A stretch of 64,000 nucleotides of DNA, from the NCBI GenBank assembly GCA_050253075.1, contig JBFWJS010000002.1, forward strand, positions 512,001 to 576,000. Direction: 5' to 3'. The notes below the pieces were generated by a model. That model saw nothing but the letters and a program-made list of their open reading frames with translations, was not told the origin of the DNA and did not search any database. A program made the position numbers and the translations under genes. The stretch's first letter is position 1. Every line of letters begins with the position of its first letter. Shown here in pieces: positions 55,319 to 64,000 of this stretch. This stretch comes from Deferribacterales bacterium (GTDB lineage: Bacteria; Chrysiogenota; Deferribacteres; Deferribacterales; Geovibrionaceae).

Positions 55319-56835
55319 AGCTTACCGTCTTTGCCGTCTATTATAGTAGTGGTGAGGAAGATGACCAGCTCACGCTTCTCCACCGACTTTGTGGTACCTT
55401 TGAAAAGATGCCCGATAACAGGCACATCGCCGAAGAAGGGAACCTTCTCCTCTGACTCGACCTCTACATTGCTGATGAGACCGCCCATCACGATGGTGCT
55501 TCCGCTCTTAACATTCAGCACGGTGCCAGCCTCTTTGAGGTTTATGATAGGGTAGCTCGCCGCTATCACACCGTCTGTGTCGAGCTGTGTCTTTACTGTC
55601 TCCACATCGGAGAAAACAGGGACGATGTTCAGCGTGATAGTATCGTCTTCTTTTATATGTGCAGATACGCCCATGACCACACCGTCCAGAACCGTTACAC
55701 GGGTGTATGTGATGGTGACGTCGTCTGTCTCTTCGTCTGTTTCTTTCTCCATCTCCCAGTACGGGATGAGCTGACCGGAGGATATCATGGCTGTCTGGCC
55801 GTTCATGACCCTTATGCGCGGATTACCCACGGATTCGATGCGTCCTTGTGTCGCCATAAAGGCAAACCAGTCGTCGCCTGTACCGCTGGATATAACGCCG
55901 AGAGCATCCAGAGAGCCGTTTGCAAAGTTAGCAGCACCGAGGGATATCCTGCCCACCGTACCGTTCAGTGCGCCCTGCCAGTTTATGCCGTATGCACTGC
56001 TGTCGTTCAGGATAACTTCCACCAGCTTCGCCTCGATGAGAACCTGTTTCCCCATTTCCGAGAGAACATCGCTCATATAGCTGTCTATCATCTTCATCTT
56101 TGCGGGTGTTGTCGTCACCTTCATAACACCGGTGAACTTGTTGAAAACATAGCCCTCTTTGCCGTTGAAGAATGAGCCTGAAGCAGACTCTGTGGTAGTC
56201 GCCGCGTCCGCAGAGGCAGAAGCACCGCCACCGCCTATTATGGCCTGAATGTCGAACTCTATCTGACCGAGGACATCATTTGCCTCGGGAGTATTTTCAT
56301 ATTTGATGGAATAATCACCGCGCAGATTCGCCTCTGTAGAGCCGAAAACATCACCGCCCACCTGACTGCTCTGTGTTGTCTGCATGCGAACATAAGGGAA
56401 CTTAAATGTCTTTGTCACGGTGGAGACTATCTTAAGCGCATTGCCCGAAACCTCGTAGTGTATCCCCGTGTTTTCAGAGATGATCTCCAGAGCGTCTCTG
56501 GCAGGCATATGGTTAACTGTTATGGTAAATGGTGTTTTTACATTTATATCGGGGCTTATGATGAGGTTCAGCCCTGCTTCGGAAGCTATCATGTATAGGA
56601 TGGATGAAAGTGTCTCTTCCACTGCGTCGATGGAGACAAATATATCGGCAAGGGGGTCACGCTTTATGACATCTTTTTTTATCACAGGAGGCGGAGGAGG
56701 CATAAGCTCCACAGGCGGAACAGCCTTCGAAAAGTCAGGCGCAGACGCTGCAGCCTTCTTAGCATTATCGCCGGTAGCCGCACATCCGAAAAGCATGAGA
56801 GAAAAAGCCAGTATTAATATTTTACGAATATCCAT
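55315..56835 (-). CDS. Lipoprotein secretin, MshL-like (MSHA pilus / T2SS GspD family)
   Basis: Lipobox LFGC; QVLIEAKLVEV.L.....GINW, NPRI.V.NGQ.A, GGLI, KVPFFGDVP..G.LF, KRELVIFL. Confidence 0.9.
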   Translation of the reverse strand: MDIRKILILAFSLMLFGCAATGDNAKKAAASAPDFSKAVPPVELMPPPPPVIKKDVIKRDPLADIFVSIDAVEETLSSILYMIASEAGLNLIISPDINVKTPFTITVNHMPARDALEIISENTGIHYEVSGNALKIVSTVTKTFKFPYVRMQTTQSSQVGGDVFGSTEANLRGDYSIKYENTPEANDVLGQIEFDIQAIIGGGGASASADAATTTESASGSFFNGKEGYVFNKFTGVMKVTTTPAKMKMIDSYMSDVLSEMGKQVLIEAKLVEVILNDSSAYGINWQGALNGTVGRISLGAANFANGSLDALGVISSGTGDDWFAFMATQGRIESVGNPRIRVMNGQTAMISSGQLIPYWEMEKETDEETDDVTITYTRVTVLDGVVMGVSAHIKEDDTITLNIVPVFSDVETVKTQLDTDGVIAASYPIINLKEAGTVLNVKSGSTIVMGGLISNVEVESEEKVPFFGDVPVIGHLFKGTTKSVEKRELVIFLTTTIIDGKDGKL

Positions 56836-57353
56836 CTAGTTCCCCAACGTCCCTCTAAAAGAACTTTACCGTCTTCGATAGCTGAAACCGACTCACCGCT
56901 GTCTAATGTATCTCCGATGCGGATCACCTTTTCATTCAGCACGGCAAATCTCTTCGCTTTGCCAATGAATACAGTACTAAGAGTGTACTGAGGAGCAGGC
57001 GGGAGCGCCTCTCCTTTATTTGCGGACTTATCATTTCGTCCGCTTTGTCTAGTAGCTGTTATATCATTATTTTGTTTTTTAATAAACTCTCTATTTCTAT
57101 AGTTGGAATAATCTTTATACAACACATGGGGGATCTCATTCTTCTTCGCAAGGGCAACGGCAAAGTCCTGTGTTTCCTTATCCAGATTCACCCTGTTCAC
57201 GCCCCTTGTGCTTATCAGCCTTTTGCTGATGAGACCGCCCAGATTGTCTACTATCATCCCCTGCAGAAAAAATACCACGGCGACAAATACCACAGGCACG
57301 GAGACCTTCGCCCAGTCTTTAGCAGAGAGATATTTGAGGTATTTAGTAGTCAT
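56814..57353 (-). CDS. MshK/PilP-like assembly protein
   Basis: N-terminal TM; L..VF.G...RFAVLN..VI..GD, V..IE...V.L. Confidence 0.55.
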   Translation of the reverse strand: MTTKYLKYLSAKDWAKVSVPVVFVAVVFFLQGMIVDNLGGLISKRLISTRGVNRVNLDKETQDFAVALAKKNEIPHVLYKDYSNYRNREFIKKQNNDITATRQSGRNDKSANKGEALPPAPQYTLSTVFIGKAKRFAVLNEKVIRIGDTLDSGESVSAIEDGKVLLEGRWGTRWIFVKY

Positions 57354-57867
57354 ATACCCCTCCTCTGTATGGCTGTGTGATGATCAGCTCCACAGAAACG
57401 ACCCTTGCGCCTCTGGTCTCTTTGAAATCCATCTGCGTCACTTTATATATAGGCGACACGCTGTTTTCCAGATATTCGATCATGCGGATAAAGTCGTCAG
57501 GTTTCCCCGGCTGATAGGAGAAGCTGATAGTTGTGGTATAGCTGCTCCCTTCGTTGGTGATGGGCTTTATTATCTTTGTATCATATAGACTTTTGAAATC
57601 TTCGGTAACTTCCAGCAGCCAGCTCCTCGCTGTCACAGCGTTGAACTGCGGAATGTGCATCTCATCCACCAGATGATCCAGCTTGTCCATATTGCTGTTC
57701 GTATTTTCGATGCGGAGCCGCTTAAGCTGTGCGTTAGCATCACGGGTGGCTGTCTCGATATTAACCGTGGCGGATGTCAGAGCAATAAATTCAACGATCA
57801 GGAGTGAAAGGACGACGCTCAGCACCAGCAGGAGTTTGTAGCTTCTGAAATATTTCTTCCACATCAT
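57343..57867 (-). CDS. MshJ/PilO-like inner-membrane protein
   Basis: N-terminal TM, coiled coil, F...I.YLE motif; position in cluster. Confidence 0.5.
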   Translation of the reverse strand: MMWKKYFRSYKLLLVLSVVLSLLIVEFIALTSATVNIETATRDANAQLKRLRIENTNSNMDKLDHLVDEMHIPQFNAVTARSWLLEVTEDFKSLYDTKIIKPITNEGSSYTTTISFSYQPGKPDDFIRMIEYLENSVSPIYKVTQMDFKETRGARVVSVELIITQPYRGGVYDY

Positions 57868-59246
57868 TTCTTCTTCCCGGTGAGAGAGATACGCACCGAC
57901 GCAGTCAGAGCGTCCATATTGTATTTCGTACCGTCTGTCACTTTATATTTCCCGCTTTTATCTATCTGATCTAAAATGTTTTCTATGTTATTCTTAAATT
58001 CGTCCGCCTCGATGAGCGATGCGAAATCACGCTTGCCCAGTATCTCTACCATTGGGATGCCGCCGCTGACAGAGAAGTTCACGTTGTCGTATCCGCCCTC
58101 GTCTATCAATATGCCTATGTCCTCGTAAAGATCGAAAGCATCAAGAGTATTTGCATCCAGCTTGTTCAGATAATAGAGCGCATAGCGCTTGTCGTCAGTA
58201 TTTTCGAAAACATGCTGATAGTCTTTCATTTTCAGGTTTATCGTCTTAGTGGCCATGTTATACCGTGAAAGTGAGAAAGACATCCTGTTGTATGCAGCGA
58301 TGACCATATTCAGCATTACCAGTATCGATATGACGAGTACAAGGTTTACAAACAGCTTCGCACTGTTCATCCCCCGTATCTCTTTGTATTCCTCAGGGGT
58401 GAAGTCGTACGCCTGATCAAGCATAACGAGGGATATAGGGAGGAGGAATTCGTGAAAGACCTCTCTCGAACAGCCCTTTATGATATGTGCAGGAATAATG
58501 ACCGTCTGCGGCTTCCCGTTGAATTCGAAAAGCATAGCGGACAGCTCTGTCCTGTCGCTGATTGCGCCGGAGAGTATCATGGTGTCCACATCTATATGCA
58601 GATTCTTCGTCACGAACATGTATGTCAGGTTTATATTCTCATAAAATGTGCTGTCCAGAGTGGATTCATCGACAGCATGATACTCCATCATACGTGTGTA
58701 GAGTATCGTCTTGCCTCTGCTCACGGCCACAACTATCTTATATTTATCCGCAAAAGCGTGGAAAACGACATCATCGGGGCACAGCTTTGCCGAGAGACCG
58801 CATATGGCGAAATCCGACAGGGTGAATATGTTCGTCTTCTGCTTCTGCTTTTCCGAGAGCACATCCATATCGCTGTAGAGAGACTCGGGTATCATGAACA
58901 CTCTGTGCTCTATACTGCCCGACTGGTCAGGCTTTGAGGTCTCATCCTGCTTATAGGCGATGAGGTATTTCTCGCCGTCTTCCATTCTGTCTTTCAGCTT
59001 ATTCTTCGCCAGCATTTTGAAAGTTTTAGAGTCGCTGACAGGGGGGACATTTATTGTGTCGATGATGGTGTCGTAGTGGTTTACCGAAAAATATACAGGT
59101 GCATCACCCGAAAGAGCCTTTAGATTCTCAGGTTCTGTGATATAATGACGTAAAAGAGTATAGCCCTGGTTAGTTTTTCTCACCGTTACAGCTTTTGCTG
59201 CTCTGGTGTCCTCGGCTGTCATTATCTCTGCACTAAATAGTTTCAT
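57864..59246 (-). CDS. MshI / PilM-PilN (GspL)-like assembly protein
   Basis: Cytoplasmic N-region (ILYTR, ILSG), one TM, periplasmic C-domain; first gene of the cluster. Confidence 0.5.
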   Translation of the reverse strand: MKLFSAEIMTAEDTRAAKAVTVRKTNQGYTLLRHYITEPENLKALSGDAPVYFSVNHYDTIIDTINVPPVSDSKTFKMLAKNKLKDRMEDGEKYLIAYKQDETSKPDQSGSIEHRVFMIPESLYSDMDVLSEKQKQKTNIFTLSDFAICGLSAKLCPDDVVFHAFADKYKIVVAVSRGKTILYTRMMEYHAVDESTLDSTFYENINLTYMFVTKNLHIDVDTMILSGAISDRTELSAMLFEFNGKPQTVIIPAHIIKGCSREVFHEFLLPISLVMLDQAYDFTPEEYKEIRGMNSAKLFVNLVLVISILVMLNMVIAAYNRMSFSLSRYNMATKTINLKMKDYQHVFENTDDKRYALYYLNKLDANTLDAFDLYEDIGILIDEGGYDNVNFSVSGGIPMVEILGKRDFASLIEADEFKNNIENILDQIDKSGKYKVTDGTKYNMDALTASVRISLTGKKK

Positions 59247-59297
59247 ACGTAACAATACTATTTAGTGAATTAACCTTCAAGCGTTTTTAAGGGTGCT

Positions 59298-59897
59298 ATG
59301 ACAAAGATAATTCTCATCGAAGACGACGAGGCTCTGAGAAAGCAGTTATGCTTCACACTGGAGTCAAAAAATGAAGTATACGAGGCAGGTAACAGGCTGG
59401 AGGCCATTGAGGCGCTCCGTGAAAATACGCCTGATATCGCCATCGTGGACCTTGGGCTGCCGCCTAATGAGAACACCCCCGACGAGGGGCTTTTCATCAT
59501 CGACCATATAGTCGGAAACTATCAGTGCAAGGTCATCGTTCTCACAGGTCAGGCTACAAAAGAGGCCGCCGTGAAAAGTCTCGAGCTTGGCTGTTTCGAC
59601 TATCTGGAAAAACCTGTAAATATCGACCAGCTCCTCTTTTCCATAGACAGGGCGAAGCTGTTCATCGACACAGAGCAGGAGCTGAAAAGCAGAGGTCTGG
59701 AAAAGCTGGAGATGCAGGTCGAGGTGGGCAAAGGGCTGCAGGACATACGTGAGCAGGCGGAGAAAAACATCATCATCCGTATTCTGAACGAGACTGGATT
59801 CAATGTTTATAAATCTGCCCAGATACTAGGCGTAAAGCGTGAAAGCCTCTACTATTTCATAAGAAAATTCAATCTGGAAAGAGACAAGGATGCTTGA
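59298..59897 (+). CDS. Response regulator, REC + Fis-type HTH (no AAA+ domain)
   Basis: IEDD, VDLGLPP...PDEG, VLTG, DYLEKP; AEK..I...L....NV..SA..LGV.R.SLY. Confidence 0.9.
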   Translation: MTKIILIEDDEALRKQLCFTLESKNEVYEAGNRLEAIEALRENTPDIAIVDLGLPPNENTPDEGLFIIDHIVGNYQCKVIVLTGQATKEAAVKSLELGCFDYLEKPVNIDQLLFSIDRAKLFIDTEQELKSRGLEKLEMQVEVGKGLQDIREQAEKNIIIRILNETGFNVYKSAQILGVKRESLYYFIRKFNLERDKDA

Positions 59898-60948
59898 TCT
59901 CCTATATTTTTCCCTTATATTCGCAGGTCTGATAATATTCGCCGTTGTCTTTTATCTTAAGCGGACAGCGAGCAACTTCCTGCGTGTCCTGACCGAGATA
60001 ATCAAAATGAACGAACTGAACGAATACGACCCCGTTAAGTTCATAGACAACCTCCCCCCGCTGATAAACAAACTGGGGATAAAGGACTATTCATATTACT
60101 TCTTTTACCTCGATACGGAATATCAGAAAACAGCGGAGCACACCAAATACTCCATAAAAAAGTTCGTCTATGCACAGGACTTCACCGTTTATGTCGAGAT
60201 TTCCCCCGGAAAGCTCAGATGGGAGAGGTCTTACCTCGGCAGACTTCTGGTGGAGACAGTCTTCCTCCTGCTGAAGATAGACGTGAACCTGCACCTCAGA
60301 GCCGCTAATAAAGCACTGATGGAATTCAGCAAGATAAACACGTTCCTCAGCCACGACATAAAGAATCTGGCTCAGTTTATAAATATAATGGACCACAACC
60401 TGGCAAATGCATCGACAGAAGCGGAAAAGGATAAGCTGATGGGCTATCTGAAAAGCACCGCCCCATCGCTCAGGATGCGCTCTGACAGGGTGCTCTATGC
60501 TCTGGCTGAAAACGGTAAGGACTATCTGCCCGAAAAAGATATGCTGAACCCGTGCGAGCTGGCCAGAAACATAGGCAACATCCTGAATCTGGACATCAAA
60601 TGCACGGGTGAGGATATAGATGTTTACAGCGAACGCAAAGGGCTGATAATCATATTCGAAAACATCATAAAGAACTATTACGACAAGAGTATCTCCGAGC
60701 CAGGGATAAGCCTCTCCATGGAAGTGAAAGACATGGGCGACACTGTCTCCATAACATTCACCGACAACGGCTCCCCCGTGGTAAACCCTGAAAAGATATT
60801 CGAGCCGTTCTTTTCCGAAAAAAAGGGCGGGCTGGGAATAGGACTTTACCACTGCCGAAATATAGCCAATAATATGAACGCCAGCCTGCGGGCTGAAAAT
60901 ACTGAAAACGGTCCTGCCTTCACCCTTAATATCAGGACAACAGGCTGA
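59890..60948 (+). CDS. Sensor histidine kinase (PrsK-like H-box)
   Basis: N-terminal TM; F.SHDIKN, ENIIKN, DNG, IFEPFFS.K.GGLGIGL. Confidence 0.9.
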   Translation: MLDLLYFSLIFAGLIIFAVVFYLKRTASNFLRVLTEIIKMNELNEYDPVKFIDNLPPLINKLGIKDYSYYFFYLDTEYQKTAEHTKYSIKKFVYAQDFTVYVEISPGKLRWERSYLGRLLVETVFLLLKIDVNLHLRAANKALMEFSKINTFLSHDIKNLAQFINIMDHNLANASTEAEKDKLMGYLKSTAPSLRMRSDRVLYALAENGKDYLPEKDMLNPCELARNIGNILNLDIKCTGEDIDVYSERKGLIIIFENIIKNYYDKSISEPGISLSMEVKDMGDTVSITFTDNGSPVVNPEKIFEPFFSEKKGGLGIGLYHCRNIANNMNASLRAENTENGPAFTLNIRTTG

Positions 60949-60953
60949 GGTAT

Positions 60954-61574
60954 ATGCGTAAAGGATTCACCCTTGTAGAAACAGCTATCGTGCTGATAAT
61001 CATTGGAATAATAGTCGCTGGAGCCATAAAGACCGTCACAATGGTAGATAACGCCAGAGCAAAACGCATCCTCTCACAGGTGGTCGTTCTGGTCGATGCT
61101 CAGAATCAATACTACGAAAGAACCTTCCGATATGCAGGGGATACCAACAACGACGGCGGTATAGACTATACAACTCTGAATGCATCATACGCCACCTTCA
61201 ACAGCGCAGGCAGCGGTATACACACAGCCTTCAACGAGCTGATACAGCTAGGCATATTTAATGACGAATCAGACGCAACCCTTGCATCTGGCGGTCCCGC
61301 TTATTACGCCAGATATAATAACGCAAATAACGTACCTATAAACATCGTAGTGATCAGGAATGTACCCTGCCTCACGGCTTTTCAGATGGAGATAAATCTG
61401 GATAAGAATCAGCCAAGCGACGCAAACGGCATAGGCTCCGGACGTGTAAGATGGTTCAGCACAAACGCCGCAAACAACATCGTTACAGCCACAGGGGCAT
61501 GGACAGCAGGGAACATCTGCGGAAACGGCACAGGCAATACAAACGTCATGTATCTCTTTGACAGGTTACAATAA
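60954..61574 (+). CDS. Type IV prepilin / pseudopilin
   Basis: MRKG|FTLVETAIVLIIIGII class III signal with E5; C-terminal Cys pair. Confidence 0.9.
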   Translation: MRKGFTLVETAIVLIIIGIIVAGAIKTVTMVDNARAKRILSQVVVLVDAQNQYYERTFRYAGDTNNDGGIDYTTLNASYATFNSAGSGIHTAFNELIQLGIFNDESDATLASGGPAYYARYNNANNVPINIVVIRNVPCLTAFQMEINLDKNQPSDANGIGSGRVRWFSTNAANNIVTATGAWTAGNICGNGTGNTNVMYLFDRLQ

Positions 61575-61582
61575 GTAATATT

Positions 61583-61729
61583 GGGTTTTTATGTTTCAGG
61601 GAAATTTTTTCGTCATCCTGAGGCCTTAGCCGAAGGATCTGAACACTTGGATTCTCTACTGGTATTAGATTCTTCGCTCCGCTCAGAATGACGCAGCCGT
61701 GCTTGTTTTAGAGATTCTGCAATAAATCT
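61583..61729 (-). mobile_element. MITE-like element, inverted partial copy
   Basis: Reverse complement aligns to 30900-31045, including the AGATTTATTGCAGAA end. Confidence 0.75.
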
Positions 61730-61763
61730 TTTAAGGGGCGCTTAAAGCACCCCCTGATAATAT

Positions 61764-64000
61764 CTATTTAGTAAACTGAGCTTTCAGTTCTTCGTATTTA
61801 GAATGGAATGTAGATACGGGAACAACCTTCGCATCACTTCTGAAAAGCTCCGCAGGTTTATATTTATCCATCGCTTTTGACAGTATCACCAGCTTCGTAT
61901 CATCCCCCAGACCCGATGCTATCTTTGCACCGCTCTCCCATGCCTTCACAGAGCCGTCGGATATCGCAGATACATCAATCGGTATCCAGATATTCTCGTC
62001 ATAAACGACAACCTGCTCCTTTGAAAAGCCCAGCCTGCCGAGCATCTCCTCAGGTATGGAGGTGTCGAAAAGTGCGAGCACCTTCCCGTCTGAAACGGTG
62101 AAAGCCATGTCTATACCCGATGCCTTTAGTATCGAGCCGTATGTTATGAGTATGTCGTCGCCGTCGCCCTGTTTGCCGGTTAAAAGCTCTGCGGGATACT
62201 GCGCCGAATCCACCTTTGTATTGCTTCCGTATACATCGGTGAAGGGACGCTTCTCGTCGGGGATGTATTTCACGCCTAGACCGTTGAGATAGTCCAGTGC
62301 TGTCATACCTTTATACAGCTTCATAAGCTGTTTGTCAGACGAGAGGCCTTCCGCCTCGGCTTTCAGCTCATCTGCGATGGATGCCACCGCAGGGGCAGCA
62401 CTGTCTATATATATGGCGAGCTTTTCGCCCGTGTTCCACCTTGTGGTATGGGCATCAAATATCACGATGGGGTATTTGATCTCTGCCTTTTTCTTACCGT
62501 AAGCAATGGATATCACAGCGTCAGTGCGCTTTGTCTTCGATATTTTTTTCAGCTCGTCCGTAAACTCGGCAAAGAGCTGTATCCGCACCCTGTCAAGGGC
62601 GGGTATGCTCTCGAGCTCTGCCGATATCGGCGATGTGAAATACCCGGGCACATCAAGGGTCAGCTCGGATTTCATAATATTTTCATCCGACTGGTTCTCT
62701 ATGACAAGCGTCATGAAAGGTCTGTCGATGAACTCCTCCGGCATGTTTGCAAACACAGGCTCCACACCCGCCACGGAAAGGATTATCCCCTTGTCCTCGG
62801 CTTTCGGTGCGGGCTTTTTCTGCTCTTTCTTCGGAGGCTGTTTCACTGCCGCAGAGGATGCTTTTGCGCTCTGCTTCACGTCAGCCTGAGCGACCTCCAC
62901 GGCAGGTGCAGGGAAACGCTTCCGCTCTATCTCCACCAGCTTATCCAGAGCACCCTGACCGATAGCGTCAAATGCCTGCTGCATGGCAGCCTTTGTGCCC
63001 ATGTTTTCGTTCATATGATAAACCACCAGCCCCTTCGAATCTTCGAAAAGGCGTGTGCCGTCCTTCGCATCATAAACTTCTATGCCCATGTCGGCGTTGA
63101 TCATTTTAAGGTTTTGGCTGACACGGCTTTTAGATGAATCGGCTGTCTCCTTCACTATCACCAGCAGGTCGATTCCGTTCATCTGCATATCTTCTTTATA
63201 TCCGTCAAATGTGCATCCCTTCGATGGAAGCTCCGCCACGGGGAAGAGCAGAGTGTTCAGCTCCTTTGCCAGTGTCGGTCTTGTCACGTCCCCTTCTCCG
63301 CAGGATGCTATACCTATCTTCAGCTCACGCTTTTTATCGCCTATAATGCGCAGATCCTGCAGGTCGGCAACTACCTGCCCCGTATTGAGGAAAACTACAT
63401 AGAGCCCCTCAAATCTTGCACCGTTTACCCTTGTGCCTACAGGGTAGACGCCCGTTGCGTATTTATCGGATGATGAGAGTATCTTATCTTTCACGATGAA
63501 TGATTTCTTTCTCGGCAGTTTGCCCGTGATGCTGTCCACATGGTCTTTCACCGACTGCATCACCGCTTTGTTCAGAGCTATTTTTGCAAGCCCCTCCCCT
63601 GTGCCTATAACGGGTATGCGGATACCTACGAATTTCAGCTTTGCCGCAGGGCCTGTCTGCTCCGCAAGTCCGAGCGACTCTGCCATTTTTGCAGCGTATG
63701 GTGCTCCCGATGAGTTTATCAGCTCTTTCCCCTCTGACTGCTGCCCCAGTCTGTAAAGAGCATAGCCTTCCACAGCCTTAACGCTTTCGTATCTCTCGGG
63801 GAAAAGCTCCTTCACCAGAGCGAATAGCTTCACGGCATCTTCGTATTTCTCTTTTATCAGTTCTTCCGCCAGATTCGCCATAAGGTCATTATCAGAGTCG
63901 GTCTTCAGCATGCTGAGAGACTTTCTGTGCGGTGTTATATACTTAACGTCTATCGGGCCTCTCATGCCTCTGATCACTTCGTATGATTCTTTTTCAGGTA
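61764..64000 (-). CDS. Large multidomain protein (TPR, FlgT-N/CsgG-like, Ig-like, inactive transglutaminase-like); 5' end outside window
   Basis: Frame open to the window end; QYP.E.L....GDGDD...Y.S.L...GI and WIPID in the C-terminal domain. Confidence 0.6.
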   Translation of the reverse strand, partial: PEKESYEVIRGMRGPIDVKYITPHRKSLSMLKTDSDNDLMANLAEELIKEKYEDAVKLFALVKELFPERYESVKAVEGYALYRLGQQSEGKELINSSGAPYAAKMAESLGLAEQTGPAAKLKFVGIRIPVIGTGEGLAKIALNKAVMQSVKDHVDSITGKLPRKKSFIVKDKILSSSDKYATGVYPVGTRVNGARFEGLYVVFLNTGQVVADLQDLRIIGDKKRELKIGIASCGEGDVTRPTLAKELNTLLFPVAELPSKGCTFDGYKEDMQMNGIDLLVIVKETADSSKSRVSQNLKMINADMGIEVYDAKDGTRLFEDSKGLVVYHMNENMGTKAAMQQAFDAIGQGALDKLVEIERKRFPAPAVEVAQADVKQSAKASSAAVKQPPKKEQKKPAPKAEDKGIILSVAGVEPVFANMPEEFIDRPFMTLVIENQSDENIMKSELTLDVPGYFTSPISAELESIPALDRVRIQLFAEFTDELKKISKTKRTDAVISIAYGKKKAEIKYPIVIFDAHTTRWNTGEKLAIYIDSAAPAVASIADELKAEAEGLSSDKQLMKLYKGMTALDYLNGLGVKYIPDEKRPFTDVYGSNTKVDSAQYPAELLTGKQGDGDDILITYGSILKASGIDMAFTVSDGKVLALFDTSIPEEMLGRLGFSKEQVVVYDENIWIPIDVSAISDGSVKAWESGAKIASGLGDDTKLVILSKAMDKYKPAELFRSDAKVVPVSTFHSKYEELKAQFTK

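Overview
A bacterial chromosome segment, probably Deferribacterota (Denitrovibrio/Geovibrio-like); this is inferred from gene content and order and is not verified. The core (11.9-44.4 kb, minus strand) is the near-complete translation/transcription superoperon: tRNA Thr-Tyr-Gly-Thr, tuf, rpmG, tRNA-Trp, secE-nusG, rplKAJL, rpoBC, str, S10, spc and alpha clusters. rpmD (L30) is absent from its usual slot. The left arm has fapA, rseC, an SNase-Excalibur nuclease, a gpsA-polA-GGDEF-hisD operon facing a comFB gene, two tandem iron-sulfur flavoprotein genes and yrbL. The right arm has a DegT aminotransferase, ArsR, a LuxR solo, an aldehyde dehydrogenase, a hemW/tetraheme cytochrome/hemerythrin/MFS operon, an MSHA-like pilus cluster, a PrsK/PrsR-like two-component pair whose regulator lacks the AAA+ domain, a prepilin and a pseudo-transglutaminase. 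Three observations stand out. (1) A candidate 48-aa membrane selenoprotein missed by the ORF track: in-frame UGA, a SECIS-like hairpin, and a read-through stop that abuts the hemW start. (2) A ~97-nt structured intergenic repeat at three loci whose stems covary while GGA loops resembling CsrA/RsmA sites are kept; one copy is flanked by a 34-bp duplication of a gene 3' end. (3) A ~200-bp MITE-like element carrying a GTCA...TGAC palindromic dimer.
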